Below are positions 9,550 to 18,957 of a DNA stretch of 32,000 nt, one piece after another. The notes beneath the pieces were generated by a model. It was not told the DNA's origin and searched no databases. It worked only from the letters and a program-made list of their open reading frames with translations. A program made the translations under genes and the position numbers. Numbering within the stretch: the first letter of the stretch is position 1; each line of letters begins with the position of its first letter. The stretch is from Fastidiosibacter lacustris (lineage in GTDB: Bacteria > Pseudomonadota > Gammaproteobacteria > Francisellales > Francisellaceae): assembly GCF_003428155.1 (NCBI RefSeq), contig NZ_QLIR01000017.1:7976-39975 (forward strand), written 5' to 3'.

Positions 9550-10570
9550 TTAACTTCTCTGCACTATCCCCTCTGAGTTGCAAAGACATGCAACGCACAC
9601 TTCCTCCCATTTTACAAATTTCATAAGAGTCAACTGGAATAACTTTTTTGGTTGTAATCGCAAGTATTTGCTTTAAAGCAATTTTATCCTCAGGAATTCC
9701 AAACTGTGGAAAGTAGATATGCTGTTTAGTTACTAACATATTCGTATACAAACCACAAGCTGAACCAAAGTGCTTATCATAGATATTTGAGTAATTATAA
9801 GCCGTGATTATCTCATAGAGCTTAACATTTGGCAAAGACTGCTTTAGAGCTTGCTTTAATTGTTCTGCATAAGCCTGATCTTGTGGGTAACTATTGATCA
9901 CTAAGGTATTTTCATCAATAAAACTAACAATACCATCAGCATGTTCTAAACCCCCTTGTTCATCTGCTTCAATAAATGCAATATTTTTAGCATCTGTTAA
10001 TACTCTTAATTTATCTTTTGCTTCTTGTGCTGAAAGTTTATTATCACGTAAAAATTTATCACTTAACACTACATTACCTGCGTAATCATCGACAAAATTA
10101 CCCCCATCATTAATTAAATCTGTCTTTTTAAAAGCAACGCCTATAGACTCAACCAACCGATAAAAGCCTGCTTGTACCGAATCTGCTAACTTTTGACCTA
10201 ATTTCCCACCCCCTTGTCCTGCTGCGCTATAACGAAACATAACAGGTTGAATAGGGTTAGTAAGTGTAAAATCTCTCATCCATATATCTTGCATAGGATA
10301 ATTTAACACATGATTTTTACCTAATGTATCTATATAAACCTGATAAAGTCTATCTGAACTCAAAATTAATACCTGATCACCATTGGCAATAATCTTCTGC
10401 GCATAGTTAATCTGAAACTCAATGATGTCTTTTTCAACTTTTCTATAATAATCATCATACTCAGGTGGTGATGCAAGCACAATTAGTTCAGCATTAGCAG
10501 CATTCATTAACATAATAGAACTCCCTATAAATAGTATAACTCTCACCACCCAGAATACAGATCTTCTCAC
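9503..10570 (-). CDS. Exported agmatine deiminase / PAD_porph-family amidinotransferase-fold protein
   Basis: Signal peptide MRRSVFWVVRVILFIGSSIMLMNAANA. Catalytic-type motifs MQDIWMRD, DGGNFV, EHADG (HxDG) and GGSVRCMSLQ (Cys). The start codon is GTG. Convergent 47-nt overlap with tilS. Confidence 0.85.
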   Translation of the reverse strand: MRRSVFWVVRVILFIGSSIMLMNAANAELIVLASPPEYDDYYRKVEKDIIEFQINYAQKIIANGDQVLILSSDRLYQVYIDTLGKNHVLNYPMQDIWMRDFTLTNPIQPVMFRYSAAGQGGGKLGQKLADSVQAGFYRLVESIGVAFKKTDLINDGGNFVDDYAGNVVLSDKFLRDNKLSAQEAKDKLRVLTDAKNIAFIEADEQGGLEHADGIVSFIDENTLVINSYPQDQAYAEQLKQALKQSLPNVKLYEIITAYNYSNIYDKHFGSACGLYTNMLVTKQHIYFPQFGIPEDKIALKQILAITTKKVIPVDSYEICKMGGSVRCMSLQLRGDSAEKLITFAQNDKQKKDKLQ

Positions 10571-10724
10571 TTTAAAATTTTCACCTTTTATCTAGGTTCT
10601 GTGAACCAAAAAAACTACATAAGTATTTTACATTCCAAATGCCTTGTGTTAAAGACAAATGAGCAGAGTCTTGCGCATAAATGTTATAGTTTGCTGCCTC
10701 AAAAAGGAGATGATAATAGAATTT

Positions 10725-10799
10725 ATGACGCCATCAAATATTATTAAGAATTACGACAGCTATCAGGTGGATGGAGGTAATTTAAATGCATCACTATAG
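10725..10799 (+). other. Possible short upstream ORF, MTPSNIIKNYDSYQVDGGNLNASL (in-frame alternative ATG at 10710)
   Basis: AAAAAGGAG at 10701-10709 upstream. 24 codons plus a TAG stop at 10797-10799 overlap the start of the next ORF at 10786, an arrangement seen in translational coupling. Could be chance. Confidence 0.25.
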
Positions 10800-11082
10800 T
10801 GAAAGTGAGGTTATAAATTACTTCAATCAACTTTCATATGCTAAAAAACAGAAATTCTTGCAAGTAGCAGAGAACGTCTATATCCAAAAAGAGCTAAATT
10901 ATATTAGCTTCTTATGCCAGATAGCCAATATAACCGCAGAGAAACGAGATATTAATCTTATTCTAAAACTAGCAGCTAATCATTTTTTAAAGGTTGTTGA
11001 CAGTGAATCAACAACAATAATCTCATACGTTATGCCAGACAACATGCATTATTTTGCTAAATACTTACACAAGGGTAGATGA
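10786..11082 (+). CDS. Hypothetical small protein (98 aa)
   Basis: ATG preceded by ATGGAGGTAATTTAA (GGAGG Shine-Dalgarno). The stop codon directly abuts the ATG of the MFS gene. Confidence 0.65.
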   Translation: MHHYSESEVINYFNQLSYAKKQKFLQVAENVYIQKELNYISFLCQIANITAEKRDINLILKLAANHFLKVVDSESTTIISYVMPDNMHYFAKYLHKGR

Positions 11083-12297
11083 ATGAAGAATTTAAACTGG
11101 ATTGTGCCATATTACCTATCTCGAGCATTTTCTACTGCGAGCTTTGATCGAGGGATTTTCGTATTGTTCTTGCTCTATAAGGACTTTGACACCGCTCAAA
11201 TTGGGATATTACAAATTATATTCTATGTGGGTAATATACTCATAAGTATACCGATGGGATTGCTTGCGGATAGATTTGGTTATCGCAAGGTCATGTTATT
11301 GGCGCTTTTCATGATGTCATTAGATGCTGTATTACAAATTATGCTTGGCGGCTTTATGATTTTTGCTATCATTTTCGCATTAAAGGGAGCGATGTTTGCA
11401 ATTATGGTAAGTGTTCCACAATCCTTCTTTTTTGCTAAATTAAAATCTCTTAATCAAACCCATTTACATATCAGACTTTTAGGGCAAGTGAGGGCAATTG
11501 AGTACATTTCTTTAGCAGTCGCCATATTTATTGGCGGATTCTTGCAGTCTATTTCTTGGGAAGCGGTTTATTTAAGCTATGCTGTATTCATGGTTCTAGG
11601 TGCCATATGCCTAGGTTTAGTAAGCGATATAAAAAAAGAAAAGAATATAGCACAAGAAATTACTTCTGAGATGAGTATCCTTAAAAACGCTCAACAGTTT
11701 AAAACTTTTCTATGTGAAAAATCTAATGCGCCGCTCGCTATTCTTGCATTTGCTTTTGCTTGTCTGCAAGGCGTCATAACCCCTTACTTTGTTTTTGCTC
11801 AGGAACTGTTTAACTGGTATGGCATGTCTGTTGCGGGTATTAGTACGCTATTTGCTATCATCACAGCCACATCAGGTGTTGCAGTAGTTGTCGCGCATAG
11901 GATTACGCGCCTGTTTTCTTTCTCTACAGTTAGTTATGTTACAGTCATACTTTTATGGGTAGTCTTGCTTTTAAATATTGTGCCATCGCTGAGCTTGGCT
12001 ATATGTCTTTTTATTATGGCAATGGTTATTCCAGAAATAGCAATTATTCTATTTGCTGATTACATCCAACATTCTTTACCAAATGAGATTAGAGCAACCG
12101 TAACCTCCGTAATTTGGATGCTTGAGATAACGTTGACTTCTCTAGGCTACGCCTTATTTGGGGGACTATTTTTGCTGGTGACACCAAACATTGCAATTGC
12201 GTTATTTTCTTTTATCGCATTATTTGTTTTGCTGTTAATGTATATGGTCTTTACTAAATTCAAAATCTCCAAATTTCAAGTGGTGGAAACCACATGA
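11083..12297 (+). CDS. Major facilitator superfamily transporter
   Basis: 404 aa, strongly hydrophobic with about 12 predicted helices. MFS loop motif GLLADRFGYRKVMLL. Confidence 0.88.
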   Translation: MKNLNWIVPYYLSRAFSTASFDRGIFVLFLLYKDFDTAQIGILQIIFYVGNILISIPMGLLADRFGYRKVMLLALFMMSLDAVLQIMLGGFMIFAIIFALKGAMFAIMVSVPQSFFFAKLKSLNQTHLHIRLLGQVRAIEYISLAVAIFIGGFLQSISWEAVYLSYAVFMVLGAICLGLVSDIKKEKNIAQEITSEMSILKNAQQFKTFLCEKSNAPLAILAFAFACLQGVITPYFVFAQELFNWYGMSVAGISTLFAIITATSGVAVVVAHRITRLFSFSTVSYVTVILLWVVLLLNIVPSLSLAICLFIMAMVIPEIAIILFADYIQHSLPNEIRATVTSVIWMLEITLTSLGYALFGGLFLLVTPNIAIALFSFIALFVLLLMYMVFTKFKISKFQVVETT

Positions 12298-12375
12298 GAT
12301 TTCAAGTATAAGCAACCTTTTTGATGGATTAAAGTACACCTTGAACTACTTAAAGAGAGAAGAGCGCTTATGGTT

Positions 12376-13158
12376 TTAAGACAACACAATCACTTTACTA
12401 TTTTTGTTCTTTAATTCAATAAGCTCAGCCTGTGTTTGGAATGCTTGATAAATATAATTTGATACTAATAAATTCTCCGTTTTATTAAAACCCAGCATCT
12501 GCCCATTTTTTAGTAGCACACTTTCCTGATAGTATTGAAGAGCAATATTTAAGTCATGCCCTATAACAAGTACACCAAGTTCATATTTTTTAGCAAGATT
12601 TGACAGAATATTTAAGGTTTGACGTTGATAATAAATATCCATGTGCGCACTGTATTCATCTAAAAGCAAATAACCTTCATACTCAGAATTCTCTTGACTA
12701 AGTTGTACCAGTGCACGAGCAAGCTGTACACGCTGACGCTCACCTCCAGATAATTGCATATAATTTTTAGTGCAAAAACAGCTACTGTCTAGTAATGACA
12801 AGGCTTTCATTGCCTTGGCATAGTCTTTTTCTTTGAAATCACCATTACAATAAGCTAATCTACCCAATAACACATAATCAATAACCTTAATGTCTCCTAG
12901 TACCTGCTCATGTTGACTGACAAACGCCATTTTCTGGCTAAGTGTTATTCTTGGCATTTGAGACAGACATTCGCCATCTATCATAATCTGACCAAGGTAA
13001 TGGGGATACTCTCCTGTGATTACTTTTAGTAAAGTTGATTTTCCTGCACCATTTGCACCTAAAATACCTGTAATCTGTCCTTTTGCCACTGTCATTGAAA
13101 TATCATGTAATATCACTTTATTCCCAAGCTTAAGGCTAACCTCATTTAGTACCAACAT
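12376..13158 (-). CDS. hmuV: Heme/hemin ABC transporter ATP-binding protein
   Basis: GILGANGAGKSTLLKVITGE (Walker A), LSGGERQRVQLARAL signature, YLLLDEYSAHMD (Walker B). The start at 13158 is preferred over 13218: AAGAGG Shine-Dalgarno upstream and hmuU ends at 13160. Position in the heme operon supports the name. Confidence 0.9.
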   Translation of the reverse strand: MLVLNEVSLKLGNKVILHDISMTVAKGQITGILGANGAGKSTLLKVITGEYPHYLGQIMIDGECLSQMPRITLSQKMAFVSQHEQVLGDIKVIDYVLLGRLAYCNGDFKEKDYAKAMKALSLLDSSCFCTKNYMQLSGGERQRVQLARALVQLSQENSEYEGYLLLDEYSAHMDIYYQRQTLNILSNLAKKYELGVLVIGHDLNIALQYYQESVLLKNGQMLGFNKTENLLVSNYIYQAFQTQAELIELKNKNSKVIVLS

Positions 13159-13159
13159 G

Positions 13160-14215
13160 TTAACTACCTCTTTGTACTTTCTGACTAAACAACAGATAAA
13201 TAAAATAAGGTGCACCAATTAAAGCTGTCATCAATCCAATCGGTAACTCTGCAGGCGCCAAAACCGTACGTGATAAAACATCGGCAACAGTCAATAATAA
13301 TGCACCAAAAATACTAGCTAATAGCATTAAATGCTTGTGTTCAACTCCGATTAAAAAACGTACGATATGAGGCACAACCAGACCTACAAAAGCAATCGGA
13401 CCTGCAACAGCAGTGCTACTGCCTACCAATAGTGCAATGGCAATAATACTTTTAAATTTCTGCTTTTGAATATTTACGCCTAACATACGTGCAAAGCTTT
13501 CTCCAGCAATCATTGCATTAAGATATTTAGCCGTATTGGAAAGTAGGAAAACACTCATAATCACACAAGGGACTAAGAACATGACCTGTCCCCAGTCAAT
13601 ATTAGCCAAACTCCCCATACTCCAAAAAGTAATGCTACGTAAAATGCTATCATCTGACAAATAAATCATCACACCAATTAATGCGCCACATAAAGCATTA
13701 ATTGCCACTCCTGCCAATACCAAAAGACCAAGGTTACTTTGTCCCTTTGTCACAGATAGTAAATATGTTAAAAAAGTCACAACTAAGCTTCCAGCAAAGG
13801 CACTCAAGCCTAATCCCCATGTCACTAAAAAAACTGTTTGAGTGATACTTGAAGCCAATAGCAAAAATAAAATTGCAAATAACGATGCACCACTGGTCAT
13901 TCCTAATAGTGCTGGGTCAGCTAAAGGATTACGAAATAACCCCTGCATGGTTACACCTGATAATGCTAACGCCGCACCGATTACCATTGTTGCTAACAAA
14001 CGCGGTAATCGTAGCTCAACGATAACTTTCTGCATCAGACTATTTGTGTCAAATACTTGTATCCAACTGATATGAAAAGCACCAAATTGAATGGATAAAA
14101 ATGCAGACATAGCGAGTAACAATAACAAAGCTATTATCCATAATCGGTATTTATTTCGCTGTACTTGAAAAAGCTTTTGTGCATTTATTATTGACTGGTG
14201 ACTTACTTGATTCAT
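13160..14215 (-). CDS. hmuU: FecCD-family heme ABC transporter permease
   Basis: LRLPRLLATMVIGAALALSGVTMQGLFRNPLADPALLGMTSGASL and GPIAFVGLVVPHIVR are hallmark FecCD/BtuC motifs. Confidence 0.93.
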   Translation of the reverse strand: MNQVSHQSIINAQKLFQVQRNKYRLWIIALLLLLAMSAFLSIQFGAFHISWIQVFDTNSLMQKVIVELRLPRLLATMVIGAALALSGVTMQGLFRNPLADPALLGMTSGASLFAILFLLLASSITQTVFLVTWGLGLSAFAGSLVVTFLTYLLSVTKGQSNLGLLVLAGVAINALCGALIGVMIYLSDDSILRSITFWSMGSLANIDWGQVMFLVPCVIMSVFLLSNTAKYLNAMIAGESFARMLGVNIQKQKFKSIIAIALLVGSSTAVAGPIAFVGLVVPHIVRFLIGVEHKHLMLLASIFGALLLTVADVLSRTVLAPAELPIGLMTALIGAPYFIYLLFSQKVQRGS

Positions 14216-15057
14216 GCCTCATATACCTTCTTGGCAAGTTGTAAAACTGTATCCCCAAAAGATGCACCAAAATTATCTAAGCTTGCAGCATGAATAGTAG
14301 TGATTTTTGTTTGATTTTGTTTATGTAAATATTCTAGTATTTCAGCATATGGCAACGGCATGTTATTTATAGCTTGAGCAACAATAACAACGTCTGGTTT
14401 TAATATCATTAACCCCTCTTTAGATGCTGGACGCATCCCTTTAAATGACAGTATGTTTTGTGCACCAATTAAACTTAGCCAACGATTACTTTGTGTATCT
14501 GTGCCCAACATGTAGACATTACTTGCGGCTATTTGTAATAAAACGAGCACCTTTTTTGGCTTATATTGATCAATAATTTTAATTGCTGACTGTAATTTTT
14601 GATCCATTTCTTCTAATATAACCCTAGCTTCTGTGTGTTTGGCTAATGCCTTTGCAACCATAGTAATATTTGCTTTTACATCTGATAAACCCTTAACTTC
14701 CTTAAGACTAATAACCTCTATGTTAAAGTTACTCAAACGCTTAATAACTGAAATAGGAGAAGCTGCTGCATCTGCAATAACTAAATTTGGCTGTAAGCTG
14801 ACAATACCCTCAATCGTTAAAGCACGCATGTAACCAATATCTTTTACCTTTCCTACATTTTCCATAAGCTCAGAATTTCTTGATTGTTTATTACCTATAA
14901 ACTCAATACTTTCGCTATCAGCACCAACTATACTTTTTTCGCCTAATGCCACTGCAATTGAACTTGCACTTGGACCAATTGTAACCACTTTACTGGCATA
15001 CGCACTAAATGTACTCAACCAAAGACCAATCATAATTAACCAGAATTTCTTATCCAC
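14212..15057 (-). CDS. hmuT: Periplasmic heme-binding protein of the ABC transporter
   Basis: Signal peptide MDKKFWLIMIGLWLSTFSAYA. PBP-II-like protein with ESIVGADSES, VKDIGYMRALTIEGIVSLQPNLVI and ILSFKGMRPASKEGL, as in the HmuT family. Overlaps hmuU by 4 nt. Confidence 0.87.
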   Translation of the reverse strand: MDKKFWLIMIGLWLSTFSAYASKVVTIGPSASSIAVALGEKSIVGADSESIEFIGNKQSRNSELMENVGKVKDIGYMRALTIEGIVSLQPNLVIADAAASPISVIKRLSNFNIEVISLKEVKGLSDVKANITMVAKALAKHTEARVILEEMDQKLQSAIKIIDQYKPKKVLVLLQIAASNVYMLGTDTQSNRWLSLIGAQNILSFKGMRPASKEGLMILKPDVVIVAQAINNMPLPYAEILEYLHKQNQTKITTIHAASLDNFGASFGDTVLQLAKKVYEA

Positions 15058-15730
15058 CTATTTGCTCCTGTAAGTTAAATGAAACTACCTGCACCACTTT
15101 TGTAGATACCACTTTGCCTTGACTTAATGCAGGGGTAAATTTTAACTTTTTAAACCACTTAATTGCTGCTTGATCTAATGCTTGAAAACCACTTGATTGA
15201 ATAATTTTCAACTCTCCAACTGCACCTGTTATTGTAATGTTGGCCTCAATTTTTACCTTTCCTTGTTCATTATTGTTAATTGCAGTAATTGGGTAATTTA
15301 ATTTAGGTGGGGTATAAGCAAGCTTAGGCTGTCGTGTAATTTCAACCACTGCTTGCTGAGTTTTTACTGATTCTTCATGTTGTTTGAGTGCATGTTCTTT
15401 CATTTTTTTATAATCACTATGATGGAGCTTAGTTTCTTTTTTTGTTTTTGTCGTAGCTATAATCTTTTCATCTAATTTCTGCTTATCTATTGACGTATTT
15501 GCAAGCTTTAGCTCTTGTGGTGGTTGTGATAAGTTTTTTTGTACTTTTGCTTGAGACTCTTGTGAAAGCGTGATGCTTTGTAATATTTGCTTAAGTTGCT
15601 GTGACTGTAATTGGCTTTCGCCAAGTTGCCACTTTGTAAGGGAATTTGAGCTTAAAACGCCTAATATCGCTAAATTCACTGCAAATGAACCTAGAGCTGC
15701 CACAATAAGTTTTAAATAACCTTCAAACAT
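15050..15730 (-). CDS. tonB: TonB-like energy transducer
   Basis: N-terminal TM segment. C-terminal domain GKVKIEANITITGAVGELKIIQSSGFQALDQAAIKWFKKLKFTPALSQGK is typical of TonB_C. Confidence 0.87.
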   Translation of the reverse strand: MFEGYLKLIVAALGSFAVNLAILGVLSSNSLTKWQLGESQLQSQQLKQILQSITLSQESQAKVQKNLSQPPQELKLANTSIDKQKLDEKIIATTKTKKETKLHHSDYKKMKEHALKQHEESVKTQQAVVEITRQPKLAYTPPKLNYPITAINNNEQGKVKIEANITITGAVGELKIIQSSGFQALDQAAIKWFKKLKFTPALSQGKVVSTKVVQVVSFNLQEQIGG

Positions 15731-15738
15731 GTATTTAC

Positions 15739-17817
15739 CTAAAAACGATAGCTAAGCTGAGCATAAATACTTCTACCGATTGCTGGCACCAAAGTACTGC
15801 CATCATAATCTTGATAGTATTGATCAAAAATATTGTCTACACCCGCCGATAAAGTAAGACCTTTAGCAAAACGCGGTTGCCATTGATAACTTAAGCCCAA
15901 CAGTGCATAACCTGGTACTTTAGGTGTATTATTAGGCACATAGTTTTGCGCTAAGGCATAATCAAAACGTGTCTGCACAGTGCTATCGATCATCTTAATC
16001 GGCACAGCCAATGCAACCATTCCCTTAGCTTGTGGAATAGGTAAGGCACTGCCTGAAGGAATGATCTTGCCTCGATCATTAGTATATGCTGATTTGGTTT
16101 TCCCACGCGTATACGTGAAATTAGTCATTACATCAAACCAGTTGGTTTGATAGCCCGCTGATAAGTTAAATCCATAGATCTGCACTTTGGAAATATTAAT
16201 GTTTTGATTAACTGCTGTTGGTGGTAGTGGTGGGTTAATAATAAGACTAACGTTACTATTTAGAATATAATCATCAATGTCATTTAAAAACACGTTGCCT
16301 GAAACACTTATTTTTTGTGTATCGGTTAAGTCTTGAGCATACACAAAACCAATTGTTTTATTATGCCCAATTTCAGGATTAAGGTTGGGACTTGGGATAA
16401 AGCGTAAAAATACATAACTACTATAAGGATGATTTCCACCTAAATATAAGTCTTGAATCGATGGAATTCGATAACCTTCTGTATAACCAATGTAGACCTT
16501 AAGTGGCGTAATAACCTGATAGCTGATACTGGCTTGTTTAGTGAAAAATGAGCCATCGCTACTCAAATTACTACTTTGACTTTGATAACCATTAAATCGA
16601 CCACCAATCGTTACATTTAGGCTTGAAATAATATCCCAACTATCTTGCAAATAGAAACTATAAAGCTGTTGGGTTGCGGTTGGAAAATTTGCACTTGTAT
16701 TACTGTTATAACCATCATAACCATTAATAAAGTTATATTCACCACCATATAAAAGCCTCTGCTGAATAACTTTTGTATTATTCGAAAACATCACGCCTGT
16801 AGTGTTGACATTTATATCTTGAGGCAAGGCATAACCATTACCATTTGTAATGGGGGAAGAACTAAAATGATTCTCGTTATAATAGGCTTTGAAATTCAAA
16901 TCAACATAAGGATTATTAGGGTTAAATCGATAATTCAGCATACTTTGAGTTTGGAAATAATTAAAGTTAGAGCTTGGATTGGTAACTGAAGTTTGTTTAT
17001 TTACCGTTGCAGGGTAAAGTCCTACATTTTGCATCGATAAAAAAGAAAGCTTTAACGTTTGTGCTTGCGAGATATTCCAAACGGTTTTTGCTAAATATTG
17101 CAGTTGATTACTTGCTGAATCAGATAGGGTTTGACCATTACTTAAACGAACGTTATTATTTCGCACACCTACGATGTCAAATAAATAGCTTACATCTTTT
17201 GTTCTCAAAGCAAGACCAAGATTAGCATTACCGCTTTTATCACCCGTTGCCCCTTCTATTGCCACTTTACCACCAAAATTTTGATCATTTAAAATATCAC
17301 TTGGCTCTAATGTCACAAAATTAACAGCTCCCCCCAGGTTACCATTTCCATAAGTAATATCACCACCAGATTGACTAGCTGAAACTTGTTTATATAAGCT
17401 CTGATTAGGTAATAGTCTTGTCTGATTATGTCCAAAAGAAGCCAGATTATTATTCACACCATCAATACCTACAAACACACGATCATCTGTGAGTCCTCCA
17501 ATACTAACAGACTGTGAGATTGGTCGATTACCACCTATAGTTTGTACACCTGCCATTTCATTTAAAGCATGAATAGTTGATCCTACAGGATTACTAGGTG
17601 TTTGTACTGATAGATTAGGTAATACCCTATCATTATCAGATGCTAGTGGTAGGGATATTGCTTTGTCTTTTAACTCTTCTGGCAAAGCTTTTTTAATTGC
17701 AAGCACTTGAATTTCATCTAGATCTAACACTCGCTGTTGTTCATTGTTTTGCTGTACTGCATGTGTGGCGTTAGCTATTATCAGCACAATAAAACTTACC
17801 AATAATTTTTTCTTCAT
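15739..17817 (-). CDS. TonB-dependent outer-membrane receptor, probably for heme/hemoproteins
   Basis: Signal peptide from MKKKLLVSFIVLIIANATHA (start 17817 with AGGAAA upstream; the ORF track has 17859). TonB-box-like DLDEIQVLAI, plug GVDGVNN/GNGNLGGAVNF, and C-terminal SIYAQLSYRF. FRAP/NPNL-like boxes with a His between them (GYRIPSIQDLYLGGNHPYSSYVFLRFIPSPNLNPEIG). Confidence 0.9.
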   Translation of the reverse strand: MKKKLLVSFIVLIIANATHAVQQNNEQQRVLDLDEIQVLAIKKALPEELKDKAISLPLASDNDRVLPNLSVQTPSNPVGSTIHALNEMAGVQTIGGNRPISQSVSIGGLTDDRVFVGIDGVNNNLASFGHNQTRLLPNQSLYKQVSASQSGGDITYGNGNLGGAVNFVTLEPSDILNDQNFGGKVAIEGATGDKSGNANLGLALRTKDVSYLFDIVGVRNNNVRLSNGQTLSDSASNQLQYLAKTVWNISQAQTLKLSFLSMQNVGLYPATVNKQTSVTNPSSNFNYFQTQSMLNYRFNPNNPYVDLNFKAYYNENHFSSSPITNGNGYALPQDINVNTTGVMFSNNTKVIQQRLLYGGEYNFINGYDGYNSNTSANFPTATQQLYSFYLQDSWDIISSLNVTIGGRFNGYQSQSSNLSSDGSFFTKQASISYQVITPLKVYIGYTEGYRIPSIQDLYLGGNHPYSSYVFLRFIPSPNLNPEIGHNKTIGFVYAQDLTDTQKISVSGNVFLNDIDDYILNSNVSLIINPPLPPTAVNQNINISKVQIYGFNLSAGYQTNWFDVMTNFTYTRGKTKSAYTNDRGKIIPSGSALPIPQAKGMVALAVPIKMIDSTVQTRFDYALAQNYVPNNTPKVPGYALLGLSYQWQPRFAKGLTLSAGVDNIFDQYYQDYDGSTLVPAIGRSIYAQLSYRF

Positions 17818-17879
17818 CGCTATTTCCTGTTTAAATTTGAAGGTTTTATTAAAATTCAAAGATAGTGATAAAACTCAGA

Positions 17880-18296
17880 TTATTTATTAACTTGTATATC
17901 TGCTGTTTTTAAGCCGAGTGCTTTCACAAGTGCAAATACCTGCAATATTGTTTGTAATGGCAAATCTTTGTTAGCAGCAAGGCTTATACTATTTAATTTT
18001 TGTGTCTGCTGCTTGGTTTGTAAATAAGCTTTCAATGAATCAAGCGTATTAAAATGCATACCATCAACCCTATAATCATCATTTGCTTGTAAATAAATGG
18101 TTACTAATTCAGTCTTAGTTTGTTCTGTCACATTGCCCTTGATTTCTGGCAATGGTAACTTGATTACATGCTGGATAGGTCCTGCTAATAAAACAAACAT
18201 CACCAATAAAACCAAAATAAAGTCTAAAAGAGGAATTAAGTTTGGCTCATCTACCTCAAGACTTGCATGTTCATAATGACTGTGACTAATAATCAT
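17880..18296 (-). CDS. exbD: Biopolymer transporter ExbD
   Basis: EPNLIPLLDFILVLLVMFVLLAG (single TM with the conserved Asp), C-terminal SLAANKDLPLQTILQVFALVKALGLKTADI. Confidence 0.93.
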   Translation of the reverse strand: MIISHSHYEHASLEVDEPNLIPLLDFILVLLVMFVLLAGPIQHVIKLPLPEIKGNVTEQTKTELVTIYLQANDDYRVDGMHFNTLDSLKAYLQTKQQTQKLNSISLAANKDLPLQTILQVFALVKALGLKTADIQVNK

Positions 18297-18952
18297 AAGG
18301 CGACTTGTGTTTTTAGATTAACCATATTGCTTTCTTTTTGCTTAAGCTTCCGCTCATGTTGACGATCTAAGCTAAGCAGCAAGTAATTCAGTGCTTCCTC
18401 GCAATTAGCAAGGTAGCGCTCACTATATTGACGGAAGCTATAAAAAGCGAGCAAACTCATCAATGCTAAAGCGATACCAAAGGCAGTGGCATACATTGCT
18501 TGAGATAAATACGTGATCATGTTATGTAACCCATTACCATCTAGCGATTGTGCTAAAGCTGCAAAAGAATGACTCATGCTCCAAATTGTTCCTAAAAGCC
18601 CGAGCATAGGTGAAATAACTGCAAATAGGTTTAACCAAATAAGTGGTCGTTGCATACGTTGACGCTGTTTCCTAAGCAAAAGACAAAGCTCACTCTCAGC
18701 AATGTGTTTTGATTCGATAAAGAGTGGTTTTATGTATTTTAACAACGGTTTTTTAAGCTGACCTAAGCATGCATTAAGTTCTTTCTTATTGTCTTGATTG
18801 ATTGCTAAAATCATATCAGAAACTCGTTTTAAATTTAGCTTTGGCAAGCTCAAAAAAGTTAATGCTCTTTCGATGCAAAGTGCCACAATAATAAAACTTA
18901 CCACCAACATGGTATATCCGATTACACCAAATTGAGTAAAAAGATGATTCAT
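18293..18952 (-). CDS. exbB: MotA/TolQ/ExbB proton channel protein ExbB
   Basis: LNLFAVISPMLGLLGTIWSMSHSFAAL and LSQAMYATAFGIALALMSLLAF. Overlaps exbD by 4 nt. Confidence 0.93.
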   Translation of the reverse strand: MNHLFTQFGVIGYTMLVVSFIIVALCIERALTFLSLPKLNLKRVSDMILAINQDNKKELNACLGQLKKPLLKYIKPLFIESKHIAESELCLLLRKQRQRMQRPLIWLNLFAVISPMLGLLGTIWSMSHSFAALAQSLDGNGLHNMITYLSQAMYATAFGIALALMSLLAFYSFRQYSERYLANCEEALNYLLLSLDRQHERKLKQKESNMVNLKTQVAL

Positions 18953-18957
18953 GACTG

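Noticed and set aside
17818-17879. Second Fur box in front of the TonB receptor
   Set aside because: My best alignment to the 19-bp consensus is only about 11/19, not distinguishable from chance in AT-rich DNA.
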